A stretch of DNA of 64,000 nucleotides from Octopus vulgaris (GCA_951406725.2 OX597831.1:32674001-32738000); one strand, 5' to 3'; shown: positions 1 through 15,054, counted from the stretch's first letter. Notes: generated by a model from the sequence alone, not told the origin. Translations and numbers: made by a program.

Positions 1-980
<980 letters not shown>

Positions 981-1192
981 TAAGACCGTTACGCCGGGTG
1001 GGGCAGGATAGTATTAATTTTCACTGTGATTTTACGCTAGTTCGTGTCTACTGGTGCATGTTTACTAAATAGGTGGTGGTTGTATTCAGCAAAATCATTC
1101 AAATGTGGATTAAAGAAATAGATTAGATGGGATTTAGAAACATGAACTTTGGCTAACAATCCAACAGTCGAAATATTAATATACCCGATTGG

Positions 1193-1345
1193 GGCGTGGA
1201 GCCGGCAGCAAAATGCTAAGCGGCATGTCGTCCATCTTTATATTTTGGGTTCAAATTCCACCGGGGTAGATTTTGCCTTTCGTCCTTTGGTGATCGATAA
1301 AATAAGTACCAGTTGAGCACTAGGGTTAATGTAATCGACTTACCT
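1193..1345 (+). mobile_element. SINE family A, degenerate copy
   Basis: Contains GTTCAAATTCC..GG..GA.TTTGCCTTTC and ATAAGTACCAGTTG..CACT.GGG, shared with the cleaner copy at 26222-26451. Confidence 0.75.
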
Positions 1346-1387
1346 CTTCTCCATTAAAAAATAATGAAACCATTAGTAATAATGGCT

Positions 1388-1595
1388 GCAAATTTTGGCA
1401 GAAGGTCAACGGTTTCGGGGGAGAGGGTAAGACGATTACATTGAGCCCCAGTGCATAACTGGTATTTATTGTATCGCCCCAAACAGGCGAAAGTCAAAGA
1501 TGACCTCGTCGGAATTTGAACTCAGAACGTAAAGACGGATGAATTACAGCTAAGTATATTGCTCGGCGTGCTTACGATTCCACCAGCTCACCACC
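1388..1595 (-). mobile_element. SINE family A, inverted copy
   Basis: Reverse complement of family A (ggaatttgaactcagaacgt ... gattccaccagctcacc). Confidence 0.75.
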
Positions 1596-1604
1596 ATCCT
1601 ACAG

Positions 1605-1945
1605 GATTATGGGATACATACACACAGGCAAATAAATGCTAAACGACCGGACATCGTCATCAAAGACCTAAAAAAACATGTCCGTTAATTGACATAACAG
1701 TACCTTCTGATAGAAACATTTCTGATAGAAAACTGTCCAAATAGAAGGACTTTGAGATTGAGATATCTAAGACGTGACAATTAGAAAGCTTTTTGATCGG
1801 ATCCCTGGGAAACCAACAATCTATGGAACTCAAAAATCTGTGTTGACTGTTTTGCTGCTCACATTCTCAGGAAGTTTCTTTCTGCTTTAGGTCTTAGGTT
1901 GAGATTCGGTCAGAAGATGAAATTAAATGCAATTCAATCGGAAAA
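1605..1945 (+). mobile_element. R4/Dong-type non-LTR retrotransposon 3' fragment (restriction-like endonuclease)
   Basis: Frameshifted translation LWD..AKRPDIVIKD..LIDITVPSDRNI (PD-(D/E)xK RLE motif), then a short 3' UTR running into GAT/AAT repeats. Confidence 0.75.
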
Positions 1946-1953
1946 TGATGATA

Positions 1954-2051
<98 letters not shown>

Positions 2052-2139
2052 AAGAAGAAGAAGAAGAAGAAGAAGACGAAGAAGAAGAAGAAGAAGAAGA
2101 AGAAGAAGAAGAAGAAGAAGAAGAAGAAGAAGAAAAGTC

Positions 2140-2430
2140 GATAGGTATGATAGGTTAGCTTGGGAGGTTAAGCAGTTATGGTCGATAAAAAAAGGTGGTA
2201 GTAATTCCAAAAATTGTCGGAGCCCTGGGAACAGTGAGTAAAAATCTTCAGGAGTACATGGAACACATAGGGGTTGCAATAAGGGTGGAGCAATTGCAGA
2301 AATCAGCACTGCTTGGAACCGCTCGAATATTCCGGATGATGCTCGAAAACTAAGAGGTGTTACCCTGGTTCACTGGTAGTGAACAGCTTACACCGTAGTA
2401 CATTTCCAGCATTAGAAGCTGTGCAAAGGC
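2140..2430 (+). mobile_element. R4/Dong-type 3' terminal fragment
   Basis: DRYDRLAWEVKQLW / VVVIPKIVGALGTV..LQKSALLGTARIFR* (RLE C-terminus), 3' UTR, then (TAA)n. Confidence 0.8.
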
Positions 2431-2510
<80 letters not shown>

Positions 2511-2512
<2 letters not shown>

Positions 2513-3066
2513 GCCCTGATGCAGTACCAGGCAGTGGCTCTCATGGCTTCTGATCTTAACTGATTGGAAGTGTTATCATGTACCTTGTTTTGTCTTGGTA
2601 TAAAAGATGGGCTACGGTAAAAATATTCTGCTCAATACCACAGATTTCCTTCTCAGTTGTTTGACCATAACCAGTTGAGCATGTCCCTTAGTGGCTGACG
2701 ATATGTGCATCTCTGAACACGAGAAGTAGTGGAGGAGCATCATAGCCATGTGTTGAGAGGAATTCTTTGGGGTTTGGATAATTCACCTTCGGAAACATGG
2801 GCGTTTTGTTCAGCATCTTTAAACAATCCTTTCTCAGGGACCTTTTCAGTGGGATAGGCTTATTCGACCTGAAGAAAATTCTAATTGGGCCTCACTTGCA
2901 AGGTCATGCGCTGTTCATCTTGATATGAGATCACCATGTCATGCATATATGGTTGTGATGCATGTGCCTGGTGTGCCCTTATCAGACAGGTAGTCACGAT
3001 GGGTATACTGGGCTTTGTATATTTTGCCCCAGTTTCACTTTGATGGCATGCACTGCTCTCTCACTC
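2511..3066 (+). mobile_element. 556-bp non-coding element flanked by (TAA)n, copy 1
   Basis: Starts ATGCCCTGATGCAGTA, ends CTCTCTCACTC; near-identical to 16795-17350 with the same ends. Strand is assumed from the adjacent R4/Dong element. Confidence 0.85.
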
Positions 3067-3165
<99 letters not shown>

Positions 3166-3544
3166 TTCTTTAGTGGTCAATAATAATGTTGTGTTTGTCA
3201 TACGTGTTATGCATTCAACGTCTTTCAACTATGAAAGAAGTCAAAGGCATAACTGAATTATTTAACATTCTAAAAGAAAATTTGAAGGCTTTACTTTCAA
3301 AAACCTTAACTATGGAAGGACATCTATGACACACTTGAAATATTTAACATATTGAAACAAGCTGGAGGGTTTTATTTTCAAAATATTAACTGCGGAAAGA
3401 CATCGGAGACATATCAAAATATTTAAAACAATGAAACAACATGAAGGCAGTTTATAGATTTTTTCATGCATTAGAACGGAATTAAGAATTTATATAATGT
3501 GAAATTTCTACGGAGAATTCTACTGTGTAATAATATAGAAAAAC

Positions 3545-3725
3545 GGCAGTCATCGGTTACGGCGACGAAGATGCCAGTTGATCCAATCTAGGGAAAAGCC
3601 TGCCCGTGAACTTAACTGGAGCAAGGTGAAATAAAGTGCCTTGCTCAAGGACACAACACACCGCTGGGAATCGAATCCACGAACTTAGGAGCGTAAACCG
3701 AATACCGTTAATTACGCACCTTCAC
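3545..3725 (-). mobile_element. tRNA-derived SINE family B, degenerate
   Basis: aagtgccttgctcaaggacacaac core plus gggaatcgaatccac (B box, reverse) and a tail similar to 28546-28936. Confidence 0.6.
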
Positions 3726-3879
3726 CTGTAATAACAGAGAAAGTGTGTTGGCACAGAATCATTACTAAATCATGCTTAATACTTTTTACTATAGGCACAA
3801 AACCTGAAATTTTGGAGAAGGGGATTAGTCGATTACATCGACCCAAGTGCGTAACTGGTACTTATTTCATCGACCCTGA

Positions 3880-4201
3880 ATTTTTGGAAAGTAAAAATTT
3901 TGCATTATGTAGATTGTTATTCCCTTTAATTGAACATTTTTCTGGTTGAAAGACACCGAAAAATGGTGACACAGCAGTCAAAACATCGTAAAAAATAGGG
4001 ATTTTCATAGAAAAAAGGCACCTTTTTGATGTAAATAATTTTTGGTGTTAACATGGTCCGATTTGAATTTTTTCTTCCACGGAAGGAAGAGCAAGTCTTC
4101 TTCTATCATACTTTCAATTTTGGTCAACTTGCGCCGCAGGGTCTCGGAGGAGATAGTGTTAGTTAAAGGCTACCAAACCTGCTATACACAGACAACTTCA
4201 G

Positions 4202-4205
<4 letters not shown>
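3880..4205 (-). mobile_element. Non-autonomous Helitron-like 5' part
   Basis: Minus strand starts (TA)nAAAGCTGAAGTTGTCTGTGT, like the 5' ends of the complete Helitrons in this window; no 3' CTAG/hairpin seen. Confidence 0.5.
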
Positions 4206-4275
<70 letters not shown>

Positions 4276-4338
4276 GTCAGTCTTTCTATCTATCTATCTA
4301 TATCTATAAATATGTATATCTATCTATCTGTCAGTCTT

Positions 4339-4382
<44 letters not shown>

Positions 4383-4475
4383 ACTGTCTATCTGTCTTTA
4401 TGAAAATCGAAGGCTCTCTCTCTCTCTCTTTCGTCTCTCTCTCTCTCTCTCTCTCTCTCGTGCAGTAGCTAATAT

Positions 4476-4519
<44 letters not shown>

Positions 4520-5617
4520 GTATATGTACACATGTTAGTTTGTGCTGTAATTACATTTTAGTTTTATTTCTGCCCGATTTCTAAGGAATCAGCGTCATAA
4601 GCGAAATAATTTTGTATTTATGTTTGGTAAAATGTACAAAAACTTTGAATAATCATGTTAGTATTGTAAAACCATTTCATTTTGATGGAACTCGAACGTT
4701 ATAATATTAGGCTGATAATATTTTGATCATTATATTTTTGATCTCGTTACCATTTAAAGTCCGTTTTCCATGCCGGCATGAGATGGAATATTTTGAAAAA
4801 AAAAAAAAACCAACAAAAATTGAAGAAAATTTTTCTTTTAATAACATTAAATGAATATAATATACTACTATTCAAATTTTCCCATTAACTACTTTAAAAT
4901 GATTTAAAAACTATTTGATTTGTGATGGCAAAAATAAAAAGAATTCTTGATGTGTGTTGAACTTGGAGCCTTTATGAAACAATATTTTCCTGTTCTCTCA
5001 GAGGAAATTTCTGTAACTATCTGTACACTGTTTAGAAGGTTCGGAATGTTGTAATATATTACAAAGAATTTTACGCTCCTGTTATTTCTAACGACCATAT
5101 TCATTTTATAAGCTTATAGATTACACAAAGCGTGTCTATGTTGATTATAATGTTGTTTAAAATTGTTTATAGTTAGTATAATATATACTTTGGATACTGA
5201 ACTACTAGTTGTAAATATTTTTGCACAATATACTATCGATTCGAAAGACACGAATTATATAATGAGCAGTTAGCAACATCAAGATAGTCACATGACAAGG
5301 AAGTATTAGATATCGAAGGTTGCTTAACATTTTTACATTTCAGTATGTTATTTCTGTTGTATAATTATATTTAAACGGAAGATAAATTTGAGATCATTTC
5401 TATTAAAAATGGTATAATACTTATGATTGTTCAGGTATGGTTATCTAAAAAACAAAACACATGTTTAGCGACACATGTATTTACACTATGAGTGAACGGT
5501 GTACTGAGCCAAATAATTTTACTTTTCATATTTTTATGTCTGAGAACTGACATTATTTATATTCCATCTCTAAAGTGATACAAGGATAGATATAGGGAAA
5601 GTAAGAGGAAGAGAGGG

Positions 5618-5650
<33 letters not shown>

Positions 5651-5671
5651 AAGAGAGAGAGAAGGAGGAAG

Positions 5672-5709
<38 letters not shown>

Positions 5710-5724
5710 CTTCTCTAAAGAAGA

Positions 5725-5773
<49 letters not shown>

Positions 5774-5936
5774 AGGAAAACATTTTTAAATGTCGTTGAA
5801 TCGAAAAAGGGGAGACAATTGGCTTGTGGCGACATTCAACTGATTTCAAAGGACAGACAATATAGTGTGAGCAGACGACAGTGACGTGTGAAGAGAGAGC
5901 TAAGATGAAAGAAAAAGAGAGGGAAAACGTTTCACC

Positions 5937-5971
<35 letters not shown>

Positions 5972-6070
5972 GGAGAGAGAGAGGGGACGGAGAGTGGGTA
6001 GAGGGAGAGAGAGATAGAGAGAGAGGGGGAGTGCATGTGAAGACAGATGAAAGATAAGAGTGATTTCCTC

Positions 6071-6101
<31 letters not shown>

Positions 6102-6392
6102 GTATGCATGCGTGTGAGTGTATGTGCATCTGGGAGTGCTGTGTTGAATGTGTAAATGAATGCGTGAGTGAGAAAATGTGTAGAAATATGAGATAAGAGA
6201 TGGAGGGTATGATTATGTGATTGTGGTAGGATTGTGTGAATGCGAGTCGAGCGAAGTCTGTGTGTGCATATATAGCTATGCACATACATACATACATACA
6301 TACGTACATACTTACACACACACACACACACACACATGCACGCACACACACGGCTCAATATCTATAATTGTTATATATATATATATAAATAC

Positions 6393-6558
<166 letters not shown>

Positions 6559-7163
6559 ATAGACAGTTAGATGGGTAGACATAGATAGATAGAGAGACAG
6601 CAAGATAGATAGTGAGATAGATAGATAGGTAGATAAATGGATGGATAGATAGATAGAAAGATAGACAGAGAGAGAGAGGGAGAGACGGAGAGAGAGAAGA
6701 GAGAGAAGAAGAAAGAGAATGACTGAACGAACGATAGAGATGTGAAGATAAACCTATGGTGATGAGAGAAACGTGTTTTAACGAACGTGTGAATAATTGT
6801 AAGTGATTATATATATATATATATATATGCATGTATTCATATAGACACGCACAAACACAGATATGTGAATGAGTGTATGTGTGAAAGCGTGTATATGTCT
6901 TTGTGTGTGGTATCGAGAGAGAGAGGTGGGGGGTTAAGGGTGTAAAACAGATTGCTAGGCGAAGAATTAGCTGGAATAAAAGAATAAAAGAATAGAATAG
7001 GGAAGTCGGTAAGAACATTGACAATGGAAAGGTGAAGAAATGGCGAGAGGGCATATGAGATTGAAAAACGAAGAGGAACCAACACGATACAAGCAGACGA
7101 CAACAAGACGACATATTGTCACACATAAATACATACACACATATGTGTATGCGTGTATAAATG

Positions 7164-7205
<42 letters not shown>

Positions 7206-7543
7206 CGTATATATATATATGTATAATAAATGTAAAATATATGTATGTATACATGTATGTATATGCATGTATATACATATAGAGATATACAAGTGCACAG
7301 AGATTTATTCACACATTATATCTAGAGACACCTATACGCATACAGTCAGGCGTATTTACATGCATTTTCATTGAGTAATATTCACGTACATGAATAGGGG
7401 TATATTCTATGTTCGCATGCATGTACGTATATATACGTATGCGTATATATGTATAAATATATATATATATGTGAAAGCATTAATAAATAAATATACATAA
7501 ATATATACATATACATGCAGTCATATAACAGAAAGAAAGAGAA

Positions 7544-7584
<41 letters not shown>

Positions 7585-7669
7585 TAATTTAATAAAAATT
7601 TCAAAAAGTTAGAATGGGAAAAATGATTGAAATTTTGTCTCTTGAATTACCATTGTCACCTTCATCATC

Positions 7670-7863
7670 AGAAGAACACGATGATGAAGAAGACGATGAA
7701 AACGATGATGATGACAATAACGATGATGATGATGATAATGACGACGATGATGAGAATGCTGATGATGATAACGATGACGATGATCAACACCGGCATCAGC
7801 ATCCTAACTTTCGTCAAAAGAATTAATACAAATATGGTTGAGATGACAATGATGATATGCTGT

Positions 7864-7914
<51 letters not shown>

Positions 7915-8041
7915 CCACGACGACAAATACGACAACGACGATGATGATTCTGATAATGGTAGGTGAAGTTAAAAGCGATACTGTTGCTGATGATAGTAAT
8001 GGCGTTGACGATGATGACAATGATGATGATGGTGGTGGTAC

Positions 8042-8073
<32 letters not shown>

Positions 8074-8139
8074 GCGATGTTGATGAGGATGTTGATGATG
8101 ATGATGATGATGACGAAGACGACGACGACGATGATGATA

Positions 8140-8173
<34 letters not shown>

Positions 8174-8308
8174 CAATGTTGATGATGACGATGATGATGG
8201 TGATGATGATGGTGATGATGATGATGTCAACAACGAAGATGACGATTATGTTGATGATCTTGACGATAATGGATGTGATGATGATGATAATAAGGATGAT
8301 GATGATGG

Positions 8309-8350
<42 letters not shown>

Positions 8351-8650
8351 CAATCAATGGCTATGACGCTGATGATAAAGGCGATGATTGTAAAATATGT
8401 AGACAGGACAAAAAAGATAAAAGGCCGAAACAACAACAACAACAACAACAATAGTACGAACAATGATGATGATGATGATGATAATAATAATAACAACAAC
8501 AACAACAATAATAATAATAATTGCAATAATAATAATAATAATAATAATTGCAATGATAATAATAATGATGATGATAACAATAAGAACAACAATAACAATA
8601 ATAATAATGACAGCAATAGTAATAATAATGATAATAATAATAATGTTTTG
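7670..8650. repeat. Long compound (GAT/GAC/AAT/CAA)n trinucleotide region
   Basis: Direct inspection; poly-D/M/I ORFs in all frames. Confidence 0.9.
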
Positions 8651-8905
8651 AGGATTTAATAAAGTTATTGTTGATAATCGTGTTAGATAAAATAAATGTG
8701 TTGTAGAGATCAGCATTAATCCCGCCTCTTCCCTTCTCTCCCATCTCCGCGCATCTGCCTCTTTCTATTGGCTAATTACTTTGAACAAGCAATTCTACGT
8801 AAGCATACGAAGGGATATGCATACGTATGCACATACATACATACTTGCACACACACACACACACATACAGGTATACACACACACATATATATATACATAT
8901 ATATT

Positions 8906-8941
<36 letters not shown>

Positions 8942-8975
8942 TGTATGGATGGATACAGGGATACGTTTATATATG

Positions 8976-9024
<49 letters not shown>

Positions 9025-9567
9025 CATATGCACATTTCTACATGTATATATAAATGTGTATGTATATATATATATATCTGTGTGTGTGTGTGTGTGTGTG
9101 TTTGTAAGCATATACATGTTAAATGTACTCAAAGGAATATGTATGTATGCATACATTCATACATACATACATATATATATATACGTACGCATATACAACT
9201 ATATACATACATACATACATGCATGCATACATACATACGTATACACGTATATACATACGCACACACATATATGGACTATATACATAGCGATATACATACA
9301 TACGTACACACGTACATATATTCGTACATACATACACACATTCATATTCTTATAAATATGTGTGTGTTCATGTTGATAGTTAAATATATACGCAAATATA
9401 CACGCGCAACCACACGTACTTACGCGAGTGCGCGCGCTCGCACACGCTCACATGCACACATTCGTACATATATATATACATATACATCCCTACACGCATA
9501 TATATATATATACGTAACCACATACGCACATATCCATATATACATGCATTTATATATGCATGTATAA

Positions 9568-9600
<33 letters not shown>

Positions 9601-9618
9601 GATATATATATATATATG

Positions 9619-9703
<85 letters not shown>

Positions 9704-9981
9704 GCAGCCACATGCACGCACGCATATACGCACTTATGGTATGATGTCGTTATATTTGATTCCAAGATTTTTAACGAAACTAGCGAAGTCTCTAATATTT
9801 GATTGATTCCAAACGAACAGAGATGAGAGAGATAAGGTCGGAACAGTCAGCACGAAGGAGTGAACACCACCAGGCGGCGCAGCATTCTTTTAGCACTCTT
9901 CCAGAGGTCGTGAGATCATATCTCAGGACAGCCCCGTTACGTAACGTGGCCTTTGGGCCAAAGCACCGAAACGAAACCGCC

Positions 9982-10048
<67 letters not shown>

Positions 10049-10090
10049 GTTATTATTGTTATTATTGTTATTATTATTATTATTATTATT

Positions 10091-10129
<39 letters not shown>

Positions 10130-10341
10130 ATTATTATTATTATTATTATTGTTATTATTATTATTATTGCTGTTGTTATTGTTGTTACTGTTGTACTCGT
10201 CATGATTTTTGTCCTCGTCATTACCATCATCATCATCATCATCGTCATCATCTTCGTAATTCTTTTTGTTATAAAGAATTTCAGCGTTTTACGTAATCCT
10301 AGATGTCCTGGGCCCTTGTAGCCAATAAAAAATCACTACTA

Positions 10342-10387
<46 letters not shown>

Positions 10388-10529
10388 AGCTGCTGCTACT
10401 GCTGCTGTTGCTGCTGCTGCTACCCATCATCATCATCATCATCATCATCATAATTGTCATCATCAGAAGCAGTAGTAACACTAATGATAGTACCACCACA
10501 ACGACCAGCATACTTTTCATCATCGCCGC

Positions 10530-10569
<40 letters not shown>

Positions 10570-10616
10570 GGTGCCCCACCGTTATTATTGTCGTTATTAT
10601 CTCTCTTACCCCCCCT

Positions 10617-10709
<93 letters not shown>

Positions 10710-10759
10710 AACAACAACAGCAACAACAACAGCAGTAACATCATCCTCACCGAGCATCA

Positions 10760-13390
10760 GGAGAATGATACGCCAGATGCTGAACGAGTAACAAAATTCC
10801 GGGCAGAAATCTGGAACAAAGAAGTCCTAACATAATACAAAAAGGAAGGATGGTCACGGGAATTTAAAAGAGGAATGGAAGAATGGAGCGACGCAAGAAA
10901 ATATAAGAACCAGGGATAAGAAAGTAAAAGAGATGATCAAGAAAATACCAAACTGGAAAGCCTCGCCACCAGATGGTGTCCAAGAATTCTGGCTCAAAAA
11001 TTCTTCCAAGTATACACAACCACATACGATCGTTCTGCAAAGAAAACGGAACGCCAACATGGATGACAAAAAGAAAGACAGTGCTGATGTTGAAGGACAA
11101 AGCAAAAAGAAGCTAAGTCTGAAATTACAGACCTTATTACAATCTTCACAAATGAGCTGGATGATATTAATGAAAATATATAACTTTCTGGAAAAAGGAA
11201 AACTTATTGGCCTGAGGAGCAAAAAGGATGCAGAAAGAAGTCAAGAGTAATTAATGATTTAATATATACTAGCAGTATCGCCCGGCGTTGCTCGGGTTTG
11301 TAAGGGAAATAACTATATAAGCATTTTTAGAGAGTTATAGCCAAAAAATAGCAAAAAAATGCATTAAAAATGGAAAAAAAATGATGGTAAATTTTTTAAA
11401 AAATCGTTGACTCATCGTAGACATTTTTAGAGACTTACTTCCCTTATATAATAGCGAAAAAGTGCATTAAAATGGAAAAAATGATGGTAATTTAAAAAAA
11501 AAATCGTAGACTCATCGTAGACGCGCACTAATACCCAGAAGGGCTCGATATGAATCACGACTATAATATACACGGTTTTGGTTAAACTGCACCGCAAAAT
11601 GTGGGAGTAGTTAGGAATCTAAATCTTAGGAGACAGACACACAACTTGACTTTTATATATAAAGATATATATATATATATAGATAATAGGGTTTATATCT
11701 TTCTGTACGTTCGTTATACAGATTTCACGAAACGAGGAGAGACACAACTGTCTTCATACAACGTGCTTCAAATTGTTCCACTAAACTCGATACTCCAATA
11801 AATACAAGCTCTCAATAACTCCTGCGACTTCTCTGTCTCTACTAATACGATACTCTTTATTCTTATAAAGAATAGTCCATTCGGCTAGTCCATTCTTCCA
11901 ATCCCACAGGGTTGTCAATGACTCTTGTCACAACGTAAGGTATTAAACGCGGTACAAATACGAAAGGAGAATTTTGCTGTTGGCTGGATAAATTACAGGA
12001 AAGCTTACGACAATGTTCCACATCGCTTGATCTTGGAGTGTCTAAGGACGCTCGGAGGCAATGGAAAGATAAACAGCTTTTTGGAAAGAGTGATGAGAGC
12101 GTGGGAAGCAGAAATGACGTATGCAAACGAATCGCTAGGAAACGTGAAAATACCCAGGAGTATTTTCCCGGGGGACTCGCTCACTCGGTTACTCTTCGTC
12201 ATTGCGTCAGTTCCCTTGACATGTATACTGAGAAAATCCAGGCTTAACCATGAATTTACCAAAACTAAAGTGAAAATAAGTCCCTTGCTTTATATAATAA
12301 TGATCTCAAACTATATACAAAACGATGAGAAAGACTTGGTTTCTCTGATCCAAAGAATAAGAGTATTCAGCATAGATATTAGAATGCAGTTTGGAGTGGA
12401 TAAGTATGCAGTGGTAATTATGAATAGCGGCTAAATGATATATTCTGGTGGCATAAAATTATCACATGACAACACTGTTAAATCGTAGTGGAATAACGAG
12501 GGATACAAATACTTAGGAGTATTGAAAAACGATAGGATAACGGAAGGCGAAATGAGAGAGAAAATATCTAAAGAGTATAAGAGAAAAATTAGGAAGGTGC
12601 TCGAAGCAATATCAAATGGAGGGATCATCATTAAAGACATATATGAGTCATGCCAGTAGTGAGATACTCTGCTCCCCTTTTGTAAGGGAAAAGGTCGAGT
12701 TACAGAAGTAAAAAGCTGCTCACAGTGCAGAACGCACTCCTCCTCAAAAATAATACCGACAGACTTTACCTGTCAAGAAAGGAAGGAGACAGATGATTAG
12801 TAAACGCAGAAGACAGTGTTAGAACTGCAACATTGTATCTTGTGGAGTGAAAAATGAACACCAACGGAAGCTAGAGATACTCAGAAAGTTACCGAAATAG
12901 TAGAAGAATTCATAAAAAGAAGGTAAAACAAGAGTAAATAGATGGAAAGAAATAGAACTACATAACAAATTCATGCAACAAAGTGAGGACGCTGGAAGTA
13001 AAAGACGTTGGCTACGACTGACTACCGGAAACCTGAAACGAGAGCCAGAAATACTAATAATAGCTGCTCATGAACAAGCCATTAGGACAAATCTGATAAA
13101 AGCATAGATCGAAAAAATTTAACAAATATAGAATTTGTAGGATTTGAGTGAGTGCAGTAAGCTAGCACAGTGAGTGCAGTAAGCTAGCACAGTGAGTGCA
13201 GTAAGCTAGCACAGAAAGAATATAAGACTGTGGGTAAAAGTGTGCATTGGGATGTCAGCCGAGTGCATGGATTTGAAATAAGAAGCAAGTAGTATGAACA
13301 TAAACCAAAAGCTGTGACAGGGAGTGAGGATTACGGTATCTTAGGGGACTTCTCGATAAAAAACCGACCATAATACTGAAACACAAAGGC
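10760..13390 (+). pseudogene. Decayed R4/Dong-type reverse transcriptase ORF, interrupted by insertions
   Basis: IKKIPNWKASPPDGVQEFWLK; WINYRKAYDNVPH; RSIFPGDSLTRLLF (GIFQGDSLSPLLF-like); MQFGVDKYA; YKYLGVL; RLYLSRKEG; IIAAHEQAIRTN. Many stops and frameshifts. Confidence 0.85.
11269..11665 (-). mobile_element. Complete non-autonomous Helitron inserted into the R4/Dong RT
   Basis: Minus strand 5'-TCTTTATATATAAAAG..., subterminal hairpin CCCGAGCAACGCCGGG, 3'-CTAG, between A and T; same family as 41790-42290. Confidence 0.85.
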
Positions 13391-14212
13391 TAAACAACAC
13401 GAAACAGAACCACAAAAAATATTAAAGAAGAAATGGAGAGAAACTTCCTGGTTAACACTTTGCAAGGCCTGACAGAAAAGTGAGAGCAAGTAACAACCAA
13501 CAATGGCTCGAAGGCCATAGGACTACAAACAGATATGAAAGGACTGATTAACATTGTACAAGGACAATGCCTGACCACAAACAACTACAAAAGCAAACAA
13601 TGAAAACAAGTCCTAATACCAAATGCAGAATGTGCAACCAACGCATTGAGACAATTGACCACATCACTTCTGGCTGTCCAGTCCTATCCAAATTTGAATA
13701 TATATATATATATACAGTCACGATCGAGTAAGTACTTATGTCCACAGGGCAATATGCCAAAAATACAGCATAAACACAAACAACAAATGGTATAAACATG
13801 TGAATAACAATGTGCATAGCAACGACCAGGCCCCAATCATCTGGGATATGCCTGTTCAAACTGACAAAAAAGTAAAAGCTAATCATCCAGACAAACTGAC
13901 AAAGAAATAAAGCTAAGAACCAAGGATTGGGAAAATAATACCTGCTTACTGAGAGACATTCCAGTCCCTTCTGACTAAAATATTGCCCCAAAAAGAAGAG
14001 GAAAAATGATCAAATTATTGAAGTATCGAAGATGTGGAGCATAAAGGTGAAAACTATATCAGTAATAATAATTGGAGCATTGGGTATGATGAAAAATCGT
14101 ATGAACAAAAAATGTAGAAGCTATACTTGAACCCTCAACACTACACACTATACAAAAGTACCAAAGATAGCTCTGCTAGGAACAGGCCACATCCTATGCA
14201 AAGCACTATCAG
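13390..14212 (+). pseudogene. Second R4/Dong-type relic (CCHC knuckle + RLE C-terminus)
   Basis: CRMCNQRIETIDHITSGC, IWDMPVQTD..NHPD, IIIGALG, LLGTGHIL. Confidence 0.75.
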
Positions 14213-14781
14213 TTACGTAGCATACAAACTTTGTATTAATATGGTTGATGCAGTCCTTCTGATACAGAAGAACCTCCAACTAGAGCCAATCAAGGAATCT
14301 CAGAGATCTAGAATTACTGAAACCCTTAAAGGTACAAGCCCTCTCTCAACGGTTGCTCTCCAATCTACAGGCGCATGCGTAGAGTACAGCCGTTCACTCG
14401 AACCATTTTTGCCATGGTCACCCAACTTCTCACAAACTCACTGAGAAGTAGCAATTTCTTTTTCACCCTCACTTTTCTTTCCAAATGGAACTTTAAAAAA
14501 AAGTCAATGAGAACTTGACTGAATAGGGTATCTTTCCTCAAACCTTTAGCATCGTCCACCACGCAACGTCTATCGCCATGGCCACTAGACAGAAGAATAC
14601 CGCCTGCCCTGATTTGTGGCGGTGGGACGGTCCCCAAGATGGATTTATCCCACACACGATAACAGCTGTTCGACATAAAATATCAAGTCAGCAGTCTGGG
14701 GACACTGCACGAGTGCGTGCAGAACGGTTTCGTTGCTTTCAGACAGCACTGCCTGGTGGCGCTTCCAATTATAATAATGAT

Positions 14782-14980
14782 CCTTTCTATTATAGATACC
14801 AAGGCCCGAAATTACATCGACCCCCCCCACCGCTAAGTGTTCAACTGGTACTTACTTTACCGACCCCGAAAGTATGAAAGGCATAGTCGACCGCACGGAA
14901 TTTTTATTCAGAATATACAGACAGGAGAAATGCCTCTAAGCATTTAATCCGGCGCGGTAACGATTCTGCCAGCTCACTGC
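14782..14980 (-). mobile_element. SINE family A copy
   Basis: actggtactta..cgaccccgaaag.atgaaaggca.agtcgacc ... gattctgccagctc. Confidence 0.75.
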
Positions 14981-14993
14981 ATTCGCCTTAATG

Positions 14994-15054
<61 letters not shown>

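Noticed and set aside
13150-13212. Triple 22-bp repeat AGTGAGTGCAGTAAGCTAGCAC
   Set aside because: Local slippage inside the R4 relic; no spacers.
14745-14765. CTCF-like words (also 20370-20388) and GCGCATGCG near 14370
   Set aside because: Partial single motifs without independent support.
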